From assembly GCA_013239625.1 (NCBI GenBank), contig MU056703.1, positions 2,035,185-2,099,184 on the forward strand: a stretch of DNA of 64,000 nucleotides, read 5' to 3'. A program made the position numbers and the translations under genes. The notes below the pieces were generated by a model. That model was given only the letters and a program-made list of their open reading frames with translations, did no database searches and was not told where the DNA came from. The DNA comes from Lama guanicoe (taxonomy: Eukaryota). The first letter of the stretch is position 1, and each line of letters begins with the position of its first letter. Of this stretch, positions 26,440-35,560 are shown piece after piece.

Positions 26440-28085
26440 CCAGTCACAGTTTTATCTTTTAACATTTTTAAATAACCAAAGTACAGTTTATATACAGAAA
26501 ACTGTGCACACTGTGTGTTGTAGTGACAACGTGTCTCTGTCTAAACAGAACGTTCCGTCACGCCAGAAAGACCCTCCTCCTTCCCAGCTGCGCTGCCTGA
26601 CCCTTGGGGACAGCCCCGTCTCAACTCTTCCAACAGAGAGTAGTCTTACCTGTTCAGAATCACACAGCATGTTTTTTTTTTTAAATGCCTAGATTTTTTT
26701 CTTTTTTTTTGCTCAGCATGGTGTTCTAGAGATTCATCCGTCTCATAATGTACTTTAGTCCTTCAGTCCTGTTTTTCCGTAGCATCCATTGTGTATGTTC
26801 AAGACAATTCATTTGCACATTCTTCTGTTAGTAGGCGTTGGGATGCTTCAGTTTTGAGCTGTCATGAATACAGAATGAGCTACACGTTCTGGATGAGGTC
26901 TTTTCGTGAACACGTTTCATTTATCTTGGGTAAATTTCTGGAAGTAGCTTTGGTGGCAGTCATAGACTAAGTGTCCATTTACGCAGCCAGAACATTTCCC
27001 AAAGCTGCCATCCCTGTGGACAGAATTCCTGATTTCCCTTCAGTCCCTTTAGTCTCAGACATTCCGAGGGGTGACCTGGTTTCTCTCTCTGGTTTAGTTT
27101 GCGTTTCTCTCATGTGTGTGACTGTTGAGTGCTTCTCGATGTGTTTATTTACTGGCTATTGGAGTATGTTCCTCCAGTTTCTATTTAAGCATTTTGCCCA
27201 CTTTTTAATTTGAATTTTCTGTCCTTTATTATTAAGTTGCAAGAGTTCTTCCTGTATTTCAGATGAAAATCAGTTGTCCGGATTGTACGTATGTTATCCT
27301 GATCTGTGGCTTGCTTCTTGTTTTCTTAACTGTTTATTTCACTGAGCTGAAATTTTTAATTTTGGTGGAAACTAATTTATATTTTCTTTATGATTACTGC
27401 TTTTTATATACCGTCTAAAATCTGCCTACATGAAAATCACGAAAGTCATCTGCTATATTTTCTTCTACAAGTTTTATAGTGTTAGGTTTTGCATTTAGGT
27501 TTATGATCCACTTTGTGATAATTTCCACACACAGCATGAGACAGAGCTCAGAATTCACTTTTTCCACCATGATGCAGTTTTTCAGCACTGTTTTTTAAAA
27601 AGACACTTTCACCCCATCGTATTACTTTGAGGTCTTTGTTGAAAATCAGTGCATCGTACAGGTGTGATTCTATTTCCAAGCCCTCTACTTTGTTCCATTT
27701 TTCCGTTTACCCATCTTTTGTTTGTCTGTTTTGGGGGGAGAAATCAGGTTGATCCATTTATTTTGTTGAGGGTCCCGGGGACCGAAGCCAGGACCTCGTG
27801 CCTGCCGAGCAGGTGCTCAACCCTGTACTTCCTGCCCCCGTTATCGATCTTTATGCTGTTACGTAACGGCATTTCTTCTTTGTTACCAGTATTCTCAACC
27901 AATGTGATTTCATGTTTCCAGGAAAGGGCTTCTGCTCCCTGAAAATGCTTCCCCACCAGAACCATATGAACTCACTCCAACAAGGGCCAAAACCATTTAT
28001 TTTGCACCTAGTAGTAAGGTGTATAATGCAACTGCCTGGATCAGTCCAAAGAACTCATTTAAACGTTGTCAGCGTGACTCACAGT
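26440..28085 (-). mobile_element. Ancient L1 (L1ME/L1MC-like) 3' region, interrupted by a SINE and bounded by an LTR
   Basis: GAGATTCATCC.T..., TCTTGGGTAAAT.TCTGGAAGT..., TTTAAGCATTTTGCCCACTTTTTAATT..., TTTTCTTCTA.AAGTTTTATAGT.TTAGGTTT..CATTTAGGT.TATGATCCA.TTTG, all L1 3' and ORF2-end motifs. Confidence 0.75.
27719..27840 (-). mobile_element. Vic-1-like (camelid) tRNA-derived SINE with degenerate TSD
   Basis: Reverse complement gives GGGG..GAAGTACAGGGTTGAGCACCTGCTCGGCAGGCACGAGGTCCTGGCTTCGGTCCCCGGGACC..AATAAATGGATCAACCTGATTTCTCCCCCC. Flanks TTACCCATCTTT (27707-27718) and TTATCGATCTTT (27841-27852). Confidence 0.8.
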
Positions 28086-28090
28086 GACCA

Positions 28091-28654
28091 TGTTGCGGAA
28101 AAATGTATTACAGCTTGGAGATACAGCTCAGTTGTGACGTCAACCTGTAACCAGGCAAAAGACACAGTAGCACCCAGACAGTGGAGAACTCAGGCTTATT
28201 ACACCAGAAAGCCCAGACCAGTTAACTCTGCAAGCTCCGAACCCCACTTGTAGATTTACACAGGCCTTTTATAGGCTGCCAGTTTTACACTTTGCAACAT
28301 CATATGCAAATAAAGTACAACAGAAGTTGACCAACCAGGAACAAGCTTTGTAGAAATAGCCCCATCAGGAGTGAGCGCCATGCAAATGAAGTAGTACAAA
28401 TGGACCAATCAGAAGTTAGGGAAGTGGACCAATCAGAAGTGAGAGTAATAACCAATCAGAAGTGAGAGTAATAACCAATCAGGAGTGAAGGAAAGTGAGC
28501 TCAGGGAACCAATAGAATTCTAGGTGTAAGTTAGCCGCTTTAGAGGCAAAAAGTGAGATAGAGCCTCTGCGCTAGGAAACCGGACGGTGCTGGGAGGAGA
28601 GCAGCCGCCCTGCCCAGGGCTCCTGCCGGTCTTTTTATGGGGCTTCCTGCCTCA
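28091..28654 (-). mobile_element. ERV1-class solo LTR (564 bp), antisense to ADARB2
   Basis: TG...CA termini with 4-bp flanks ACCA/ACCG (TSD with one CpG-type change). Minus-strand TATAAAA at 28267-28273, ATGCAAAT at 28304 and 28380, CCAAT at 28405, 28429, 28452, 28475 and 28509, and a degenerate polyA signal near 28196. Confidence 0.8.
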
Positions 28655-28689
28655 ACCGGAGCTTCCCCAGACACAACTCCTGGTTGGAG

Positions 28690-29500
28690 GGCTGCCCGGG
28701 GCGCCGTCCTCACCAGGGCCGGGCCGGTCCAGGTCACTCAACTCATCAGGCCAGCCCAGCCGGTCCTCACCGGGTGCTCTGGGCCGAGGGGAGGCGCCAC
28801 GGGCAGGAGCGTCTGCGGGGAGGGGAGCGCCGGCCCCTTCCGGCCCCTTCCGGCCCCTTCCGGCCCCTTCCGGCCCCTTCCGGCCCCTGTCCCTGGACGA
28901 ACACCCCTCCCCCTTCAGACCTCCCGCTGAGAGGCTGGGGAGGCCGCGGGAGGGCGGGACGTGTGTGGTCCCGCTTCTCGGCGCACCCACGACGTCCGGC
29001 GTGGAGAGGAACCAAAGCCTGGCCTCTGTTTTTCGTCCGAGCGACCCGTGTGAAACCGGACTTCAAAAGCGGACTGAGATGAACGCAGAGACCAGAGCTG
29101 CCGGATGTCGGAGCTCTGCTCACACGGAGCCGGCTGGAGTAGGTGCCGACCCGCCAGGCGCGGGTCAAGGAAACGGCTGCCGAGAAGGGCGCTGACGTCA
29201 GGCAGGTGGGCCTGTCATTTTTCTAAATAAGAAACCTGATTCCTCGCCCTTTTGCCGATGGCCTTCCGAAGACGCCGCCTGCCCTTCCTGGGACCGTCGC
29301 TTCTCACTCAGGGTTCGCAGTGTCCCCCTGGCGGAGCCGCGTGGCGGGCGGCGCTGGTGCGACTTCGCGGGGACTCGCGGCAGGCGGAGGTCAGCAGCCG
29401 TGCTGGCTCCCGTCTCGTCTGGTCTGGCGGGTCCAAGCCGGCCCCTGGAACCAGAACCCACCGCCCCGGAGGCGGCAGCAGGGCACAGAGGGGTAGGTCG
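28690..29500. promoter_or_regulatory. CpG-rich, promoter-like region with ETS array, GC box and CRE (TGACGTCA 29193-29200)
   Basis: Dense CpG with the motifs read directly; function is inferred. Confidence 0.45.
28831..28888. repeat. 10-bp tandem repeat (CGGCCCCTTC) x5.8
   Basis: Five perfect units plus CGGCCCCT. Confidence 0.97.
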
Positions 29501-29537
29501 CCCGAAAAAATACAGGCTGTCCAGCTGAATTTGAATT
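29494..29537. mobile_element. MER53 (hAT MITE), left arm
   Basis: TAGGTCGCCCGAAAAAATACAGGCTGTCCAGCTGAATTTGAATT matches the recalled MER53 start TAGGGTTGCCAGATAAAATACAGGATGCCCAGTTAAATTTGAATT. Confidence 0.75.
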
Positions 29538-30305
29538 ATTGTTTCTTGTTTAAGTGTTAGTAAACCAGCCGTAACACAAAACTTGCCCTGTTCGCATTGC
29601 TAAGAATCTGGCTCTGTGACATAAGCCCGTGTACGTATGTCCACCGCGCGTCCGTCTCCAGAACCTTCGCATTTTCCCGAACTGAAACTGGCCCCACTGA
29701 ACAACACCCCCTGCCTCTCCTCCCCCGCCCTGAGGCCACAGCCTGCCCGCCGTCCCTGTCAGCCTCACCCCTCCAGGGCCTCGCATGGGTGGGCCAGGCA
29801 GTGCTGTCCTTTTGTGACTGGCTTGGTTCCCTGTCCTCGGGGTCCATCCATGTTGTAGCCAGTGTCAGAATTCCTTTTCAGGACGCGTAAGACCCACTGC
29901 ATCTGGACACGTTTCTTTGTCCGCTATCCATCCATGGACACACAAGTTGCTTGTACGTTTGTCTCGTGTGACTAATGCGGCCGTGAGCCTGGGTGCCCAG
30001 TGTGTGTCCCTTCGAGTCCCTGCTTCCAGTTCTTTCGGGGGTGACCCAGAAGGGAGTTTTTGGTTCCACGGTGGCTGAGCCCTCTTACGTTCTCACCCAC
30101 AGTCACCAGGTCCCGGCTTCTCCGCGTTCTCAGCTTGTTACTTCCCAGGCTTTTCCTCTAGCAGCCCCCTCCTGAGTGTGAGGTGGGACCTCCCCGTGGT
30201 TTGGGGTTGCATTTCCCTAGTGACGCACAACACTGAGCATCCTTTCGTGGGTGATTTGTCAGTTGCCTATCTTCTTTGTAGAAATGTCTATTCAAGTCTT
30301 TTGCC
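29538..30305 (-). mobile_element. L1MB-type 3' fragment inserted into MER53
   Basis: CCGTCTCCAGAAC.TT..CAT.TTCCC.AACTGAAACT...TGTCCTTTTGTGACTGGCTT...TCCATCCATGTTGTAGC..GTGTCAGAATT...AGAAATGTCTATTCAAGTC.TTTGCC. Flanked by a 13-bp TSD CTGAATTTGAATT / TTAAATTTGAATT. Confidence 0.8.
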
Positions 30306-30464
30306 TTAAATTTGAATTTCAGATAAAGAAGGAATCTTTTCGTATATGGCGTCCCACACAATACTAGGAATGTACGGTACACATACAAAAAAGAGTGCTG
30401 TGTATCTTTAACTCAATTTTAACTAGGTGTCTGGAATATTTATTTGACGAATCTGGCCAGCCTA
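30306..30464. mobile_element. MER53, right portion
   Basis: TTAAATTTGAATTTCAGATAAA...TTTAACTAGGTGTC...TTTATTTG...AATCTGGC.A.CCTA. Confidence 0.8.
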
Positions 30465-32205
30465 GAAGTCGAGGACTTGAATGGATGGAAAGCAATTTTT
30501 AAATATTTCACAATCTGGCTCAGGTGAGCTCTGAACTGGTTTGGTGTGTTTTTGTGGGTGTTTGGCTGGTAGCCCTGCTTTATGAGAAAATCGTAATTTC
30601 ATTTTGAGATGCTCCAGACTAAATCATTTGAGCTTCGCCCCCTTTGTGGTGCATTACGGGGCTCCCTTAATGAAATTACAACTCAAACAAGTGGTTTCAT
30701 TCTGTGCAGTAAATTAGCTCGGCCGCGCGGCATCGGGGAGTCGGCCCGTCCTGGGCTTTCTCCTCTCATTCGGTAGAATGGAGAGGGAGCCGCGCTATGC
30801 ATTCCAGTTATTTATTGTTCTCCAAGCGAGCGTTGTGTCGTTGCCCGTCCCTGCTGCAAACAACAGCTGTTAACAGGCTCCTGAATGAATTTCAGCGTGA
30901 ACCTGCCGGCCTCCAGGAAGCTCAGCTCAGGAGCAAACGGGCTCAGAATGGAAAGAAAGAGCGAGTCCAGGTCCGGGTCTGGACACCCAGGGCCGACAAC
31001 GTGATGAACAGCTGGGTGACGTTTCCACGAGAAGTCACGCTCAGACGTGGCCCGGACGGAGCTCCTGCTGCCACCGAGGCCGCAGGGTCAGACAGGTCCG
31101 CTCTGAGCCCCACCTCAGGCGTGGGGGACCCAGGGAAGTGGAAAGTGTCCCTCATGGCAAAATAACCCTGACCCAGTGCCCTGGACGCCTTCGATGCCCC
31201 CGCAGTGGAGAGCCTCCCTCTGTAATTATCCAAGAATACAGTCAGGATTTAGACGGAATCCAGCGACCCACTGGGGAGCCGAGGCGCCAGAGGCAGGTCT
31301 GAGGAGGGGGCTCCGAGGGGCCGAGCTCTCCTGTGGACGAGGCTCCTGGCTCGTGGCTGGGTCTAGTCGGCGGAAGGTCTAAACGGAGGGGCTTCCCCTT
31401 CGCTGCTCTGAGAGGCGTTCCTTCATTTCTCCCGCTCGCGCTTCCAACCTGCACTCCCCTGGCCTCCATGTAGAGGGACGTGGCCAAGCCCCTTGGTCCC
31501 CAGAGGGACCTCCTCCTGGGTCTGTAGTCCTCCCTGCAGTACTTGAGGTGTCTGGACCCGAGATGCTGGCCGCCTCCACCTCCCACGTCCCCGGTCCCTC
31601 CTGGAGTCTCCAGTCCAGGCTCCTCTCCAGGGGGACACCCAGGACCCTGCCCCGCTTCCTCCTCCGTGCCTCCTTCTCCCGTCTTCTGCTTCTGCCAAAC
31701 ACACGCTAAGTATCTTTTACACTTTTCCTAAGTCTTTCTTCACCCTGCACTTCAAGCCCACAAAGCAAGCTCTCCACTGACGGGGAGAGGTGGTCTGGGC
31801 TCACCTAGTGGAGGACTTGCTGGTGCTTGTTTGAGCTCCTCTCTGTGCTATGCAGTGACCTCCGTCAGGCAGGCTCTGCCCGCCAGCATCTTGTAGGCTC
31901 AGGCAAGGTGGTTGCCCTGGAGACGGTTACTTCAAGTTTTGAGGGACATGGAAGGAGGAGAGGAGATGCCAAAAATAAGAAAAGAAGAAAGATGGAAATG
32001 GTGATGTTTCAGATTGAATGGAGAGGGTCATTTGATAGAATGCTGTCAGAAATTCAGTAAAAGGCTGAACCAGAATGAAGTGGCTGAAACCAAAACGACC
32101 TTTCAACCTCCCTTGTCCAAACCCTCAGTAATAACAACATATGAAAGCATTGAGTTTTTCTGAAACTCGATGTCAAAAGTGCATTTCCTGTTCTTTTCTT
32201 TCCAG

Positions 32206-32292
32206 ACAAAGTAAGCACGTTGTCAGCCTTCGTCGCTCCCTTCAAGCACTTGAGCCCAGGGGCCACGAACACAGAGGATGAAGACAATCTCA
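32206..32292 (+). CDS. ADARB2: ADARB2 coding exon 2 (87 nt, phase 1 to phase 1): (D)[28 protein letters not shown](S)
   Basis: Polypyrimidine tract TTTCCTGTTCTTTTCTTTCCAG ends at 32205 and donor TCA|GTAAGC starts at 32293. The translation matches the recalled ADAR3 segment [30 protein letters not shown] that follows the R-domain. The last base A joins GT of exon 3 to give Ser. Confidence 0.95.
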
Positions 32293-32426
32293 GTAAGCAG
32301 TTCCCTTCCCCGAGAGTGCGGGACGCCCAGCCCACATGCAGAGGGGGCCACCCCACTGTCCCCAAAGGCTGAGACCCTTGGGTGGTGGAGGGCGCCATCT
32401 GGGCTTCCCAGAGCAGGAGGCTCCGC

Positions 32427-32570
32427 CCCTGTCCCCACCTGGAATCCCCTCCCCACCTGGAAACCTGTCCCCACCTGGAAACCCCCTCCACACCTGGGAT
32501 CCTTTCCCCACCTGGAATCCCATCCCCACCTGGAAACGCTGACCCCACCTGGAATCCCGCCCCCACCTGG
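32427..32570. repeat. ~18-bp minisatellite, 8 copies, core CCCCACCTGGAA
   Basis: Eight CACCTG-containing units read directly, starting ~135 nt downstream of exon 2. Confidence 0.92.
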
Positions 32571-33506
32571 GTGGTAGGGAGATACTAGCAGTGACTGCAT
32601 GATTGAGAACTCCAGATACTGCAAAAACAAAACAAAAAAACCAGTTCTCTCAGACCATCCTTCCTCTCTTTCCTTTATTTTTGCCCTCCAAACCAAAAAG
32701 AAAAAAAGAAAAATTAACGCAGTCTCTCTGGACGCAGTTCATACAACTACTTAACAAGGAAAGAACTGGATGGGCGCCTGCTGCCCAGAAAACTGTTTGT
32801 CACGTGAACTGGGGAGGCACCTAGGCCATGCCGGGTGGGGCCCGGGGCTGCTGGGGCTGTGTCTGAAGGGTGGTGCCTCGGGCGGAAACTGTCCCTTGCC
32901 CAGTCCTTGGAGGAGACCCCGGAATGGAAGGGCCAGCGTGTGTGTGTGAGGGAGAATCCGGGCGTGTGTGTCAGGTGGTGCCAGCCCCTCTGGTCTGTGG
33001 TGTGGAAGCGGGGAGGAAAGCCCCCAGACACAGGGGCACCCCCTGCATTCAGCGTCACCCCTCAGCCTGCAGGAGGCGAGGGCGTGCTTGCCGCGGGCTG
33101 GGAGGGGCCCATGCGCGCTGATGGTCACCAGGGCTGTTGGTTTGACCAGGAAGCAGCGATGGGCGGGACTCACCCTGGAAGGTTGTCCCTTTTGCCTCAG
33201 ATTGTAAGGAACACAGATGGCCCCCGAATAGCCCCTCCCACAAAACGTGACTGTGGACAAGATGGGAGCTGAGTTAGTTCCCTGGGCTGTTACACAGAAC
33301 CAGGTCACAGAGCCGTCCAGTGTCAGAACTAGGGCCTCCTCAGTGACCGGTCCTTGACCCCCCGTTTCTGGACGAGGAGGAAGTGCTCTGAGTCAGCGCC
33401 CAGCCCCGCGAGAACACGGTCCAAGGAAAGCTCTGTCCTCTCAGGACCAAACCTGGAACTTTCTAGACTTAATTTCCTGACGGCGACTTCAGAAACGTGG
33501 AGCACA

Positions 33507-33743
33507 CAGCACGCCTCACTCTCCAGTGCTTCGATTTATTGCATCACAGATGCTACGTTTTCACAAACATTATGTATTAATTACGGTGCGTTCATTGCTT
33601 TCTTAGAAGTAACACTTTTGCACACTTAATAGGCTGCAGTCTAGGGGGAATGTAACTTTCCTGCACGAGGAAACCAAAAATCCACATCACTGGCCTCATC
33701 GCAGTGGTCAGGGCTCAGCACACCACATCTCCGAGGTGCGCCC
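33507..33743. mobile_element. Internally deleted Tigger1-derived MITE (TcMar-Tigger)
   Basis: One end reads CAGCACGCCTC...TGCTTCGATTTATTGC..CACAGATGCT.CGTTTT.ACAAA and the other TTGCACACTTAATAGGCTGCAGT...GGAAACCAAAAA...GCAGTGGTC...ATCTCCGAGGTGCGCC; both match the recalled Tigger1 termini. Confidence 0.8.
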
Positions 33744-35399
33744 AAATGTTCACACACATGTGTGCATGCACACATGCACGAACAAAGAGATACATGTGTG
33801 AAAACACACACATGCCCACAGCCGACCTGGACGCGTGGACACGGCTGGTGGAGAAGCACGTGGAATGGGCGCCTGGAGGAGGGAAGTCTTCCCCTGCTGC
33901 CTCCTCCTGTCGCGCTCGAGCTGCCGGGGCCCCGGCCGAGTCCAGTCCCCCATAGGAGCTCCCTCCCCACCAAGGGCACCTGTGACTCTGGTGCTGGACC
34001 AACTGGAGGTGTGGGAGCCGGTGTGAGGGCAGGGCCTTGGGATGCGACCCCACACTCCAGCCCGATACCTTAGGCCGTAAGCCCCATCGCTCGGAGCCGC
34101 GGTGCCCCGTGTGTGCGTGGGAGAGCAGCCCGGCTGCGGCTGGGGTGGGGGGCGCGTGAGGGCGTCTGAGGGAAGGACCCAGAGAAACAGCCAGTGCTGG
34201 AGCAGGGCTGGCTGTGCGAGAAATCAGGCTTTTCCCTAATTCAGTGGCTAAGAGGTGGAACTTTAGAGATAAAGATGATTTTGAATTGTTTACTACGTGT
34301 TAAAGTGCCTTTGCAATGCTTAGGAACCTTACTTTCTATCAGTGGATTAGTCATCCCCTTTGTAATAGCTGCTTTTTGTTAATTGACTCAGAAAACCCTG
34401 TTTTCACGCATTGTTCAAAGATAAACCTCCAAATTAATGCCGCCAGGCTAGGCTGCATCCAGGACAACCCAGGGTGCCTGGGTGCATGACGTAGAGTTAA
34501 AGGTTGGCAACCTGCCCCAGGGGGACCCCAGGAGCAGCCAAGCCAGGAGCGCAGGTGGAGACCAGGCCCCCTTCTGCCCCCGCTGCGGAGGTGACCCCAG
34601 GTGCACAGGCCACGGGCCAGAGAACAAAGGAGGAGCTCAGGTCCCGTGATGCCCAGACCTGGACCCGAGGGGGCACGCAGTGGGGTGGCAGCCTCTCCAG
34701 TCTGGCAGGAGCACGCCATCTCTGGGTTATTCCCTGCGACAGCGGGGTGTGTGAAACCTGCTAAATAAATGGAGGGGGGAAATGAGAATCATTTCCTGGG
34801 TCAGGAGAGGGGCTGAGGAAGAGGGAAGGTGAATTTGTGAAGTTGGAGTTGAAGTTCCGTAAGAGGGCCACGTGGAGCTGCGTCAGGTCTGGCAGGACCC
34901 AGCTGGCAAGTCCAGGCAGCACCAGACCAGAGGCCAGGGTCCCCTGCTTGCCGCCCCTCCTGGCCCGAGACTGCATCACAGGAGACCCGTGTCCCTCCCA
35001 CGGGACCGAGCGTCTGCGAGGCAGCGGCTGGTTCTCGCCTCTGCCTGTCTCGGGGACCACAGGTTGGAGGCTGAGGCTCAGGGCATCCTGGCTGGTCTCT
35101 GTAAGAACCAGTGTTTGCCTTGCCAACCGGAGGGAAGCGGGGTGCGTCTGGGGTGCACGGTGGAGACCACGGCTCCACAACCAGGTAGTGGGTGTTCAGA
35201 CCTGGTCCCAGAAACTGCGCACAGACAGGCGCACTGGGAGAGGGGCGGGGCCCCACGTCTCCTTTCTGGGAAAATTCATCGGGAAGCCCAGCTCATAAAA
35301 TAAGCAGAGAAGCTGGGCCTGTAGAGGACGTGTCGGTGTCCCTCTTCCCGCTGTTCACAGAAATGCCCAGACTTGGCTGAGCATCAGGGATTTTGCTAA

Positions 35400-35560
35400 G
35401 TGTCACGTGGGTCCTTTAGCTCAGCCTCAGGCGAGTGCCATCAAAGCCCTCATCTTCCATCTTAAGAAGATGGAGTCTGGGCAGGTGGAGGGACTGCCCA
35501 AGGCCACACACACCCCGAGGTTGGAGGGGACTTTGACCTCTCACCTGCCTGACCCCGGAG
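35400..35560 (-). mobile_element. MIR fragment
   Basis: CTCATCTTCCAT.TTA.AGA..GGA..CTG.GCAG...GACTGCCCAAGGCCACAC. Confidence 0.5.

Noticed and set aside
32427-32570. CRISPR-like array (also considered for 1237-1324, 28400-28490 and 36190-36261)
   Set aside because: Head-to-tail tandem repeats without unique spacers, in mammalian intron DNA with no cas genes.
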